From the NCBI GenBank assembly GCA_036785375.1, contig JAWMAR010000342.1, positions 1,674,001 through 1,738,000 of the forward strand: a stretch of DNA of 64,000 nucleotides, given 5' to 3'. A program made the position numbers and the translations under genes. The DNA is from Leucoraja ocellata. Taxonomy: Eukaryota. This document shows positions 51,589 to 64,000 of this stretch, piece by piece (the first letter of the stretch is position 1; each line of letters starts with the position of its first letter). The notes below the pieces were generated by a model, which was not told where the DNA came from, searched no databases, and saw only the letters and a program-made list of their open reading frames with translations.

Positions 51589-51929
51589 GGAGTTTGTATG
51601 TTGTTGGACGATATTATTCAGAAAGGTTATCCTGGAATCTATCAAGCTTGGAGAGGCAAGGCAACAATGAAAGTCTGTTTACGCTGTGGCTACTTCCTCC
51701 GACTTGAAACATATGCACCCAAAGTTCTATAACTGTGTGGAAAGCAAGGTTCACAATATGGCTGCCTGGGATCACATGCGCAGATGGAAGTGAGAGACTA
51801 AACATAGCAAGGTCTGGGTATGCTATTTGTCAGTGGGACAAAATAAATGTCACTAATCCTGCAACTCCCTACTGGGATTATTTGATTGCAGATGGCAATA
51901 GACAAACTGACAGAGGGATCCATGATGTT

Positions 51930-52185
51930 ATGGGATTCAGTTATCAGGCAACTGAATTATCCTACCACAACCAGAGAGTAGTGCTGAACTACTATCTACC
52001 TCTTTGGTGACCTTCCGACTATCCTTGATCGGACTTTACTGGCTTTACCTTGTACTAAATGTTATTCCCTTATCATGTATCTATAGTCTGTCAATGGCTC
52101 AATTGTAATCATGTATTGTCTTTCTGCTGACTGGAAAGCACGCAACAAAAGCTTTCCACTGGATATATGATAATAAACTAAACTG
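51930..52185 (+). mobile_element. Rex1-like LINE 3' UTR
   Basis: agttatcaggcaactgaa...gatcggactttactggctttacc...aataaactaaact. Confidence 0.65.
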
Positions 52186-53715
52186 ATCACAAGGCAAACA
52201 AAAAAAGGTAGGCATTAAATCACTCCAATGAGACAGATGCCATCTGAAAGTGAAAATGTCAGCACAATCTGCAACTGCAATCATGACACAGTTGGTTTTC
52301 AGGTGTTCTGACAAAGGCAGAAGCCAAAGGAATGTTCTCCAGAAGGGAACAAGAGATGAGATCTACAAGGGAGAACATTCCAAAAAAGCTGTACAAGAAA
52401 AGGTGAGATTGCAAATTGTTGTATGCGGAGGAGCAGCACATGGATAGACAGATTGGAAGAGATGAGAATATGTTGGAATATAGAGAGCGTAAACATTGTC
52501 CATGAGTTTGGAAAATGCAAATAATACCTTGGATGTTCAGCATTCTCCAGAATGGCCTAAGGGACAAGTGCCTGCAATGATGTCAAATGGTATGTAACTG
52601 GTTGTATATCAAAGACAATTTACTGGATGATCTTAGACAAGGTAAAGATACAGGACAAAAGGGTGCTACAACATTACCAAAAAACAAGGAACCTGCAATG
52701 TATCTAGGAGTATTATTGTGTATATAAGTTTGTGAACTGTAACCAAATTTACAAGTTGGTGCTTGAATATATCTGAGCTTGTATTTATCAATAATCTATG
52801 TTCACTTATCAGTGTGTTTAAGCCTCCAATGTAAACATGCTTATCTGTATAGTTATTTATTTACTTGTTTTTCAAAGGTGTGTGTCGTTAACTGTTAAGA
52901 GAAGTGTTGTCCTAAGATAGGCGAGACTGAGTCACATCATTATACCTTGTAACATGATTTGTACCAAGCTTGCAGTTCAGATGAGAACAAATGGCCACAA
53001 ATAAGGGTTATGTTTACCTGAAACTCCATGTCTAAATGAGTTAATAAACAGCAGTGATACACAGCATTGAGACTGGCTCAGAACAATTCATAATTACCAC
53101 ATTTATCTTGAAACATATTTCATCAACTGAGCTTTTCAGCATCTGTTCCAATATCCTTGTTTGATTGGTATCTTATAATTCTCCTGGAAAATGTCTTGGG
53201 GCATTTAGTTGTTTCGAGGTAGTATAGAGAATCAAGTAGCTGCTTATCTTGATCTCAGGCAATGCCCTTAAGTTGGTGAACAACAGTAGACACCACAGGG
53301 ATCTGCAAATAAACTGCTTTTTTCATTATCAGATGAAATCTGGTTAGTAATAGCTCTAGAGTTGCAATCCAGTATGACCCTCTCCATGATTCCTTTTCCT
53401 TACAGGGGACATGTTAGATCTGAGTACAGCTGAGATGGTGAACTCATTATTCGGTGACAGGTTGTTGGTGTAGATCCAGCACCCACAATCAAAGGGAGTA
53501 AGGGACACCCACCCAAGCCAGCCATGAAAGCTCTGACAGACTGAGATCTTTATGCTGATGCACGAGTTTGGCAGACAATGCTAATAACTTTTAAATATTT
53601 GATCAATTGCATGAGCAATAACAGGTTGTTATCAGTCAGAAATATGGAATTTTCAATTAACGTTTAAATTAATAGTCAACGCAGAATTACTTATACTTTC
53701 ACTATTAACAAGATT

Positions 53716-53845
53716 CAGCAGCTTATTTTTAATTCTTAATTAGGTGAAATGCTATCTTGGTAAAGAAAGTGTAAAGTGATACACAGGAGCATAAGCACAA
53801 ATGCTATGAGTAAAGCAATTTACCAGATGCATTATTTAAACACAG
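53716..53845 (+). repeat. Dispersed ~125-bp duplicate, copy B (copy A at 36021-36150)
   Basis: Same collinear blocks as 36021-36150. Confidence 0.85.
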
Positions 53846-54417
53846 AGCCTCATATGTCCATTTTTTCCTGTGTAAGGAAAATAGAGTTTCTGCTCTGAAA
53901 AGATGCAGAAGGCAGAGAATAAATGGTGCACCAATTGGTTCAGTAGCTCAAGGAAGTTCTTCAATCTGTGTTCTCTCCTCAAAGCTCAATGTTAGCAAAC
54001 TGAACTCCGAATGCGATGATTCTGGGTCAAAGCCTACTTTAAAGACATGAGCACATAATCTGGGGATAGTGATAAACCATGGTTCTCGAGTCACAAGTGA
54101 CTGTTAACTTCTGCTCTTTAAGTCCTTTGCATTAGGATAAGAAGTGTTATTGTACTAGATTATATTTCACATTGTACTTTAGGTCACCAATTAAAGTATT
54201 GAAATTATTTTAATAAATGTGTGCATTTCTCTGATAGACTGCTGTATTTGGATGTTGAGTGGGGTGCTACATGGGACATACAGTAGTCATAGGTTTAGTT
54301 TACTATTGTCTTTTGTACCGAGGTACAGTGAAAACTTGTTGTTGTGTGCTATCCAGTCAAAGAAAAGACTATACACTATTACAATCAAGCTGTCCACAGT
54401 GCACACATTAAGTATAA

Positions 54418-55595
54418 AGGGCCTGTCCCACTTACGCGACCCTTACAGGCGACTGCCGGCACCCGTGATAGGTCGCCAAAATTTTCAACATGTTGCTACG
54501 ACTCTTTGGAGACCTCTCACGACCATAGGAGAACTCTCACGACCATACTTGTATTGTATTCAATTTATTGTCATTGTCTCAATTTGAGACAACAAAATGA
54601 ATTTTCCTTACAGGCAGTATCATTAAAAAAAAAATCACAAAGAAATTATAAAAATAAATAATAAATAAATAATAAAACATATTAAAAATAAAATTGAAAT
54701 TGAATTAAAATTAAAAAAAAAGCACAAATACAGAAGTCCACGACACAACATAACATAAATGGCACCCAGGTGAGGACGGCACCATAGTCCAGCCAGCCTC
54801 CCCTCCGTGTTCATCCGTGGACGGGGCCTTCCAAGCACCCGCAGTCGCCGCCCCGGGTGGCCCGATGTTCAGGCCCTCACGCCGGGCTGGTGGAACGCCG
54901 ACGCCGAACCCCGACGGTGAGCAGCCTCCTCCTCAGCGGCCCGGATCTCCCGATCAGCCGCCTCCCGCTGCCGGAGTCTGCAGCTCCCGAGTCCGCAGGT
55001 CGAGCCGGGCAGAGTCACAGGACCCCGCGTTGATTAGTCAGCGCCGCCCGCGTTGGGAGCTCCGCAAACCGCAGCTCCAGGATGTCGGTGCAGCAGGTCC
55101 AGCACTCCGGGCTCCAAACGGCGACCCCCGGTAAGGCATCACCAGCCCCGCGATGTTCCAGCGCTGTCCCGCCGCTGCTGGAGCTCCGGTCGATCCCGGC
55201 AGGAAAGGCCGCGCCAATCCAGGTAGGTAGGCCGCTGTGGGGGGGGGACGCGACTCGAATAATAGTCGCGTCCTCACCAGGAAGCGGCCGAAGGACGGTA
55301 TCCCCCGCACCGTGCCCTCTTCCCCCACATGAAAACACCAAAAAAACACAAAAAAATACACTTTTACAGGCTGTATGGTCATGAGAGGTCTCCTATGGTC
55401 GTGAGAGGTCACCTGCGACATGTCATCAGGGGTCGCCTGTATGGTCGTGAGAGGTCTCCTATGGTCGTGAGAGGTCTCCAAAGAGTCGTAACGTCTTTCT
55501 GGCCGCCGCTGAATTTTCACCATGTTGAAAATTTCAGCGACCTATCATGGGTGCCAGCAGTCGCCTGTAAAGGTCACGCAAGTGGGACAGGCCCT
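54418..55595. mobile_element. PIF/Harbinger-type MITE (long foldback, 20-bp internal repeats) with a nested retroelement
   Basis: TAA|agggcctgtcccacttacgcgacc...ggtcacgcaagtgggacaggccct|TAA; arms contain (ctctcacgaccataggagac) units and their inverse. Confidence 0.92.
54549..55366 (-). mobile_element. GC-rich non-coding SINE-like retroelement with (caata)n tail
   Basis: Minus strand ends gacaatgacaataaattgaatacaatacaa; no credible ORF; interrupts the MITE between gaccatac and aggctgtatggtc. Confidence 0.65.
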
Positions 55596-55964
55596 TAAAA
55601 GGTATAACATTTAATGCAAGATAGAGTCTGATAAACTCCGATTAAAGATCTCCAATTAGGTAGATGGGAGGTCAGGACCACACTCCAGCTCTCTTGATTA
55701 ATGATGGTTGTCAATGTGTTTTCAAAGTCACATAAATGTGGATGTCACCGATTTAGTAGCAAGATCTGAATCAAGTGGTTGTTAGAAGTATGACCTTTCT
55801 GAAGGGGGGCTGAAAAGAAGCAATATTTACCTTCTCTGCAGGCATAAAAAATCTGATTGCAGCATTTAAAGAAGAGCACTCCCAGTATATTGAGCAGCAT
55901 TTAGTTGTCAATGAACTTCTAAAACAAAATATCTTCCAATTAAACTCATTGGTATCTTTGGAGA

Positions 55965-56098
55965 TGCTGTGGGCAATTTGGCTACCATGTTTCTTCATTT
56001 CAATAGTAATTGCACTTCAAAGGTTTTGTCAATAGCTCCAAAGCAATTTCAGAAATTCCTAGTCATGAATGCCATGACATGTAAGCAAGCTATTTTCT
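55965..56098 (+). mobile_element. Ancient DeuSINE-like 3' remnant
   Basis: gctgtgggcaatttggctaccatgtttc..catttcaatagtaattgcacttcaaa...aaagcaattt. Confidence 0.5.
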
Positions 56099-56814
56099 TT
56101 CAAATGAGGCAGATTTACATTGTCGCAAGGCAATGGGGATTCACTAGTCTTCATTTGAGACCAAATATAAATCTGGCTATCATAAACAGAAATTTGGCAT
56201 CAGCTAAATTTGTTGCATTTTTGGAAGGTTCGATTCAGCAGCTTTTCCTCTCCAATGCTGTCTGAGCCAGACCTACGACCAGAATGATTTGGAGTGTTCA
56301 TTAGTAAATTAAATTTTGTAAAATACATAATGCATTTCAGTCCACTGTGGGTATCATACTGTGCGCAATCCTGTAAGACAGGAATTATTTCATTCTCTGT
56401 AAACAGCTGGAGCTTAGCCAAGGTAAATGTTTGGAAGCCTTGCAGTCACACATGAAATCACAGTGACATTGATTGATGATGGAGTGTTGAAGCCAGCATC
56501 TCCTATGTTTGAAACAGTGACCATCCCCAGTTAACAAACTGGTTCCATTTTTATAGACATCCAAATGTGATTTTAACTATGTATTAAAAAATACACCCAA
56601 AAATATTACATGATGTGGAAACCATACCTCCACAATTATGTAATGCATGGCATCAAAAGCACATAGGGCTGAAAAGACAGAACAATTATGAAAAGTGGAA
56701 AGGAAATTAGTTCTGCTGTGTGTAGGAATGAATGTATGTACGTACATTGAGCTTTTGAATTTAGCAATATTATGGGAGGTCACGTATGCAGAGGTGTCCA
56801 TAAGTCAGATAACC

Positions 56815-56988
56815 CAGGGACATGTCGTGGGGCGATGCCTATTTGGTTGTGAATAGTCGCCCAAAGAGTAATACCTTTTTCTGGTCACCGCTGGATTTTC
56901 AAAATTTTTAACATTTTCGGTGACCTTCTGCGACTATGGCGGGTGCCGGCAAGTCGCTGAAAAATATTGCGCAAGTTGTGCAGGCCCT
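56815..56988. mobile_element. Right half of a PIF/Harbinger-type MITE
   Basis: ...gggtgccggcaagtcgctg...gcaagttgtgcaggccct|TAA; homologous to 55490-55595. Confidence 0.75.
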
Positions 56989-57784
56989 TAAAGAAATTGC
57001 AGATAATTCTGCGCAGGGCCCAATCCGTCATGTAACTCAGCCTATCCATCTATACCTCATGGTCGCTTTGCAAAGCTGACAACATAATCAAGGATCACAA
57101 ACCCCAGTCATTCTCTCCTCTCTCGCATCAAGCAGAAGATACAAAAGTTTGAAAGCATGTACTACAACTGTGTAATTAAGTTTAGAGCTAATGTGTGGCT
57201 CAGATTGGTGTGAATTCATTTCGACCATTTGATAGATGATGTTGATTTTGGAAAATACATTCAAAATCTTCAGACTTACAAAAGGTAGATGTTATGACCA
57301 GCAGTAAGCAGAACAATACAAAATATTCTGTTTTGCAATTTAAGTTTTACCAAACAAAAGCATTATTATTAAAGTAGAACTGTCACATGGACAGAGAAAG
57401 GTTAGCAGAAGCAGGTTGTTGGACAAAATACCTCTAATAAAGAACAATGGAGGTAATATTCAACGCAATGTGCTCATGTTCACAGAGGGAGTGTAAAATC
57501 TTGGTGGTATTCTTGGAGCAATCTTGGCGTGTGGTATTTTAAATGCAAATACAAGTAAACAATGCAATGAAATGCCAATGGTATGTGGTGTCTTATACAA
57601 TGATGCAGTGAGTAAAAGCAAAGTGATTATAAACTATTTTACAACACACTATTCAATGGGTCTGAATTGGGTTAATTTATTTTAGAAACAGAATCAAATC
57701 CATAGAGAATCATTGGTGCAAGTTAGTCTCGATTGTGCTAAAAATGTGGAAAGATGAGATTCTGGACTATTTCCCAATGAATTA

Positions 57785-58127
57785 TTTTGAAGTACTGTGA
57801 TGTTGTATCTCACAGAACAAAATTAGACTACAGTACAGCCAGACAAAGTGCAGAACGTTTCCTACAGGAATTTTTCAGGACGAACAACATTTTGTCTTTT
57901 AACAGATGGCCGGATAAATATTTGGCACAAAGGAGATTGAGCTCCAAGGAGTGAACAGGCCTGTGGGATTGCTTGCTTGCTTCAACAAAGGGGCAGCACA
58001 GATACCACGGGTTGAATGGTGACCTTCTGTGCTATAAACAAAGATTATGTGGTTCTTGAAGCACTTTGTTTGGCAGTACTGTAGTCCAATTCTATTCTGT
58101 GAGATACAACATTACAATACTTCAAAA
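57785..58127. repeat. ~67-bp inverted repeat pair (57785-57851 / 58061-58127) with a CR1 3' remnant in the spacer
   Basis: ttttgaagtactgtgatgttgtatctcacagaacaaaattagactacagtacagccagacaaagtgc versus the reverse complement of the second arm, ttttgaagtattgtaatgttgtatctcacagaatagaattggactacagtactgccaaacaaagtgc. Confidence 0.9.
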
Positions 58128-59179
58128 GGCAAGAGATGCTGAAAGGGTTAATATTCTGCCAAATGTTTGATGATGCAAGTCTAAAACTGGAGGGAAACCA
58201 AGAAACCTCTCAATTACCATTGATGTAGTTTCAAACTGTATCACCATTTTAAGTTGTGACAATGCTGGGGACTCAGCACTATTGCTTATTTTTAACTTCC
58301 TTGTGTTTCTTTTTTGTTTCTATTCCTTGTCTTCAGCAGAGGCAGACAGTGTGGCACCATTACAATTTTAATTATCCACATAAACTGGTTTGTCTTAAGT
58401 GCCATTAAAATGCCACCAATGCCTTTCACATTCTACAGCTTGCTGTTCTTGCCAATAAAATGCCCTAGGCAACTGTCCTACCCATTTCAGAAACTTGCCA
58501 AAAGTCTAGTAAGCACACGGCCAGCAATGGAATGTTGTCTTTTCAGTGCTAGTACAAGTAACAAGAATTTAACAGACAGCAGTATCTGCCAAAGCACAAG
58601 TTCTTTTCTGTCACAAACAATACTGGCATTGTTCAAGAGTCATTGCACTAGGGTTTCTAAAACGGCTGCAATGACCATGAAGTATTTCTCTGCCGCTTTT
58701 GAAAAAATAACCCAGCATCTTTTCAACAACTATTTTCTGATCATGTGACTGCCATTCATTTTACAATAGTCAGTGAAGAAACATTCAAATTGCAGAATCC
58801 CTTCTATATCATGTCAGAGGGTGGGCTGAGGAGTTGGTTAGGAAGGGGGACTGGTTGTAGAAGGAAAAACATATACATTGGTCAATTACCAGTCAACTTG
58901 AAGAGGATAACGGAGATATTTACATAATGCAACCAAGAAGCAAATACTTTAATTTGCACTATGAGGTCAAACTTGCTAAGCATCAAAATCTACAGATTGA
59001 TAATTTTTCTTTCAAACATAGGTTCTCACAAAGCACTCTAACAGGGACATTGGTACTTTTATTTGTGAAATAGATCACAATAATTTCTGTACCTTTCAGC
59101 CACCATCTTTTTAATTGATCCACAGTGTCCAAAAAACACACTAATTTCCCAATACAACTGGATCCCATTACAAAATGGA

Positions 59180-62100
59180 TTTGTGTAAGAAAACCTCCGT
59201 TTGATTTTAGGTAACTAACCTATGAACACCCACTCTTCTCCCCCCCCCATTCCCCCTCACCTCTCCTTCCACCAGCCGAGAGCTTCCAAAATACAGACAT
59301 CGCATTACCTGCCCCACCAAAGAGGAAAGAACATTCGATCATTGTTATACTACAAACAAGAACACATATCGCTCTGTTCCCCATGCGAGTCCAGGACTCT
59401 CTGAACATTGTTTAGTTCACCTTATTCCGACCTATAGGCAGAAACTAAAATCTGCTAAGCCCGTGGTCAGAACAATGAAAAGGTGGACAAGCGAGGGCAT
59501 TGAAAACCTACAATCTTGCACTGATTGGAATGTGTTCACTGCACTGATTGGAATGTGTTCAGGGAAGCAACCACAGGCCTCGATGAATATACAGACACCG
59601 TGACATCATAGGTCAGCTTTTGTGAGGACAGTTGCATTCCCACTAGGACCCGGATCAGGTTCAACAATGACAAGCCTTGGTTTACAGCAGAACTCAGACA
59701 GTTCCGACAGTCTAAAGATGCAACTAAATTTAAGGTAGCTCTTTCTTCCCAATAACCCTTTCTGGCTTAAGTCCTCCCTCCACCACCTCCAGTTTAAATT
59801 CCATTTGGAATGTTTTGGAGGACCAAGAAACCAAGAACCAAGAACGAAGAGGCCTACAGGAGCGGGGATGCAGACCTCTACAGGCAGGACCAGGACAAGC
59901 TGAGGAGGAATCAGAGTTGTCAAGGAAAGGTACTCAGAGAAGTTGAGGAGCAAGTTCTCAGCTAATGAAATCTTCAGTGTGGAAGGGCTTACAAGAAATC
60001 ACCAGCTACAAGAGGAAAACCCTCCGCTCTGTGGACAGTCGCCAGCTGACCAACGACCTGAATGAGTTCTACTGCAGGCTCGATAGACAGAAACATAAAC
60101 CCAGTACCCCCTCCCCCACCCACTCCTCCCCAATCACCACTTCACACCTACTCACAGCTTGACTCCAGTCTGCAAAGACTGGACCTCACCGGCCACCGAA
60201 TGGTGAACGAGGTCTGATTGACCTGGACGATAACACGTTGGCCTGGCTCGCCCCAACGGAGCTGCAGGTCTATATGACAGAAGAAGGACCCTTCCCCATG
60301 ACCAGTCTGCAAAGGCTGGACCCTTCCCCAATCACCACTTCACACCCACTTATAGCCTGACTCCAGTCTGCAAAGACTGGGCCCTCGTCCACTACCCACC
60401 CCCTCCTTGCTGCCCATCATCACTCTGGCCACTTCTCCATCACTAACAATAGAAATTGAGGAAGTGGAGAAGCTATTCATGAGACAGAAAATCCGGAAAT
60501 CTCTAGGACCGTTTCCCCCTCTACCCTCAAGCTCTGTGCCGAACAACTGGCACCAGTCTACACAGACATTTTCAACCAGTCCCTGCAAACATGTACTGTC
60601 CCTGCCTGCTTCAAAGTCTCCACTATTGTTCCTGCACCCAAAAAGCCAATGATTACTGGTCTTAATGACTACAGGCCTGTCGCACTGACCTCTGTAATCT
60701 TGCAGACCGTTGAAAGACGTGCTGGGCCAGCTGAAAAATATCACAAATCCCCTGCTGGACCCTCTGCAGTTTGCATATCAGGCCAATAGATCAGTGGATG
60801 ATGCAGTCAACCTGGGCCTGCACTTCAACCTCCAGCAACTAGACTGCCAGGGGACCTATGCAAGGATCCTGTTTGTTGATTTTAGCTCTGCATTTAACAC
60901 CATTGTGCCAGAGCTACTACACTACAAAGTCTCCCAGTTGACTGTACCTGAACCCCTCTGTCAGTGGATCACCAGCTTCCTGACAGACAGGAAGCAGCAT
61001 GTGAGGCTGGGAAAGCACATCTCGGACCCGCTGACTCTCAGTATATGAGCACCGCAAGGCTGCGTACTCTCCCCTCTCCTTTACTCTCTCTTCACCAATG
61101 ACTGCACCTCCACAGACTCCTCTGTCAAGCTTCTCAAGTTTGCAGACGACACAACCCTGATTGGACTGATCCAGGATGAGGAGGAATCTGCCTCCAGACA
61201 GGAAGTGGCATAGCTAGCGTCCTGGTGCCATTGCAACAACCTGGAGCTCAATGCTCTTAAGACAGTGGAACTGAGTGCCGACTTTAGGAGAGCTCCCCCT
61301 CCCTTCCCCCCATTCACCATCAACAACACCACAGTCACATCTGTGGAGTCATTTAAGTTCCTTGGAACCATCAAAAGACAATAGGTGCAGGAGTAGGCCA
61401 TTCGGCCCCTCGAGCCAACACCGTCATTCAATGTGATCATGGCTGATCATTCAAAATCATTAACCCGTTCCTGCCTTCTCCCCATATCCCTTGACTACGC
61501 TATCTTTAAGAGCCCTATCTAGCTCTCTCTTGAAAGTATCCAGAGAACTGGCCTCCACCGCCCTCTGAGGCAGAGAATTCCACAGACTCACAACTGTGGA
61601 AAAAAGTGTTTCCTCATCTCCGTTCTAAATGGCTCACCTCTTATTCTTAAACTGTGGACCCTGGTTCTGGATTCCCTCAACATCAGGAATATGTTTCCTG
61701 CCTCTAGCCTGTCCAAACCCTTAATAATCTTATATGTTTCAATAAGATTCCTCTCATCCTTCTAAATTCCAGAGTATACAAGCCCAGCCGCCCCAATCTC
61801 TCAGCAGTCCCGCCATCCCGGGAATTAACCTTGTAAACCTACGCTGCACTCCCTCAATAGCAAGAATGTCCTCCCTCAAATTATGGGACCAAAACTACAC
61901 ACAATACTCCAGGTGTGGTCTCACCAGGGCCCTGTACAACTGCAGAAGGACCTCTTTGCTCCTATACTCTTCTTATGAAGGCCGGCATGCCATTCGCTTT
62001 CTTCACTGCATGCTGTATCTGCATGCTTCCTTTCATTGACTGATGAACAAGGACCCCCGGATCCCATTGTACTTCCCCTTTTCCCAACTTGACACCATTT

Positions 62101-62970
62101 AGATAATAATCTGCCTTCCTGTTTTTGCTACCAAAGTGGATAACCTCATATTTATCCACATTAAACTCCCACTGCCCACTCCCCCAACCTGTCCAAGTCA
62201 ACCTGCATTCTCATGGCATCCTGCTCCCACTTCACACTGCCATCCAGCTGTGTGTCATCTGCAAATTTGCTAATGTCACCTTGAATCCCTTCATATAAAT
62301 CATTGATAGATATTGTAAATAGCTGCGGCCCCAGCACCGAGCCTTGTGGTACCCCACTTGTCACTGCAGGGACCTGAAATGGGAGGGCACCATCGGCTCC
62401 ACAGTCAAAAAGGCCCAACAGAGGATGTACTTCCTGCAGCAGCTGAGAAAACACAATCTGCCACAGGCAATGATGGTCCAGTTTTATACTGCCATCATAG
62501 AGTCTGTCCTCACCTTCTCCATCATGGTCTGGTTTGGCTCAGCCACCAAGCACGACATCCGGAGGCTGCAGCGCATCGGTCGATCAGCCGAGGACGCTAT
62601 TAGCTGCAACCTTCCCACCATCGACAAACTACACTGCAAGGACCAGGAAGCGAGCGGATAAGAACATCTCCGACCACTTTCACCCTGACCACAAACTCTT
62701 TGAAGCATTTCCCTCTGGAAGGCAACTCCGGACTGTCAAAGCCAGACATAAAAACTGCTTTTTGCCATGAGCAGTAACTCTACTCAATAGCCAAAAGTAT
62801 GTAGCCTCCATTTGCTCTGGTATTTTATTTCATTCTTCACACGTTTAAATTATAATATTTTATTCTTAATTGTTTACTGTATATCGTGTTGTTACTTGCG
62901 AGCAAAGCACCAAGGCAAAATCCTTGTGTATACATACATGGATAATAAAATGTATTCAATCCAAAATGTA
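59180..62970 (+). mobile_element. Long Rex1/Babar-like LINE (EN end, RT, 3'UTR), frameshifted, with nested inserts
   Basis: [19 protein letters not shown]...[17 protein letters not shown] (60710..61048), KFADD near 61140, KKAQQRMYFLQQL...IESVLTFSIMVWFG (62344..62661); tail aataaaatgtattcaatcc. Confidence 0.92.
61374..62367 (-). mobile_element. CR1/HER1-like LINE nested in the Rex1-like LINE
   Basis: VTSGVPQGSVLGPQLFTI.INDL...SKFADDT (62161..62454), FNVDKYEVIHFG (61962..62201), and the CR1 3' end at 61374. Confidence 0.92.
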
Positions 62971-62974
62971 TTCA

Positions 62975-63195
62975 ATTCCCAACTCTTCCATCCTTATCTC
63001 ACACCTTTTTTTTTAAATCTTTTGCCTTTGTCCACACATCTACCTATCCTGCATCAACCTTTCACTTGCCAGGCTTTGGCTTGCCCATCCTCTCTTCCAG
63101 CTTTCTTCTCTCTCACCACAATCAATCCTAACCCGAAACGTCACCTATCCATGTTCTCCACAGATGCTGCCTGACCCCAGCACTTTGTATCTTTC
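62975..63195 (+). mobile_element. Penelope-like 3' terminal region
   Basis: Pyrimidine tract, then acccGAAAcgtcacctatccatgttctccacagatgctgcctgacc; the 5' half of the hammerhead is missing. Confidence 0.7.
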
Positions 63196-64000
63196 TTTCT
63201 CTGATTGAACTTGTTTTGCTCATGGATCCTTTATATAAAACATTTGCTGAACACACTTGGCAACTTCCAAACAAAACTGCTTTAGTGGGTGCATTGAATG
63301 ACATGGATTTCCAATTTATAATGTGCCTATCAAAAACTTGAAAATATTAAAGAAAAATTGAAGAATGCACTGAATAAAAATCATCAAATGATTTATACAC
63401 CATTTGATTAAAAAAAACAAGGAATCACAGAACTGCCAAATACTGGGAGCAAACCTATTGCTCCCATATTCTGCATAGGCTATCACAATAATTAACAATT
63501 ATCTGAAAAAGATCAGCAATATTACTAATTACAATTGGCAAATTCAATTATTAGGTCTGGCATTTCTCATACTTTAAACCCCTGTGTCACCACCCCATCA
63601 TTCAAGTTACAACCAGGGTTTTTTTTTTTTTAATTATTTGCCTTAAATCAGCAAATTTAATTTGTATTTAACATATGATAGATTTGCAAAATGCGGGTAT
63701 GATGATTGATAATGAAAAAACAATAATCATATTTTTTCTGCAGCTCCCATTGAATTCAATGCTCAGGGGGAATGATGTGATAATATGGCTGTTTTCAGTA
63801 TGCTTTGAAATATTTACAACAATAACACTTTACTGATGGAATTAAACTCCATTTCAATGTATAGAAGCCAAATCAATCTTTAGATGTACACAAATTTACC
63901 CAGTCTTGGAAATTTCGATTTTGCATTGCTCTGGAAGATAATAGGATTTGCAATAGCTCAATGATTTATTGATTCTGTGCTATTATTTTAATATGTCCAG

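Larger units (their letters stand above)
54290..55690 (-). mobile_element. Rex1-like 3' UTR interrupted by the Harbinger MITE
   Basis: gtttagtttactattgtc..gtaccgaggtacagtgaaa...; resumes after 55598 (aaggtataacatttaatgcaag). Related to 51930-52185. Confidence 0.6.

Overview
Eukaryotic, AT-rich, repeat-laden genomic DNA. The repeat repertoire (HE1-type V-SINEs, HER1/CR1 LINEs, Penelope-derived short repeats) points to a cartilaginous fish, probably a skate or ray (inference). The window appears to be almost entirely intronic sequence of a minus-strand retinoic acid receptor gene. I found a single 142-bp coding exon (28802-28943) encoding the second zinc finger ([47 protein letters not shown]), most likely RARB; it is not translated in frame in the ORF track. 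The rest is CR1, Rex1/Babar, L1/Tx1, L2 and RTE LINE fragments, SINEs, two Tc1 copies, two hAT-like elements, a cluster of five PIF/Harbinger-type MITEs, an unclassified GTAG...CTAC element and TE-poor blocks that may be enhancers. The most notable signal is a dense set of Penelope-derived short elements carrying minimal hammerhead-ribozyme motifs (CTGANGA-A-stem II-GAAAC-GTC) on both strands. Other unexplained structures are a ~125-bp sequence duplicated 17.7 kb apart and two hairpins. Repeat family names come from recognition by eye; boundaries are approximate unless a TSD or TIR is cited.
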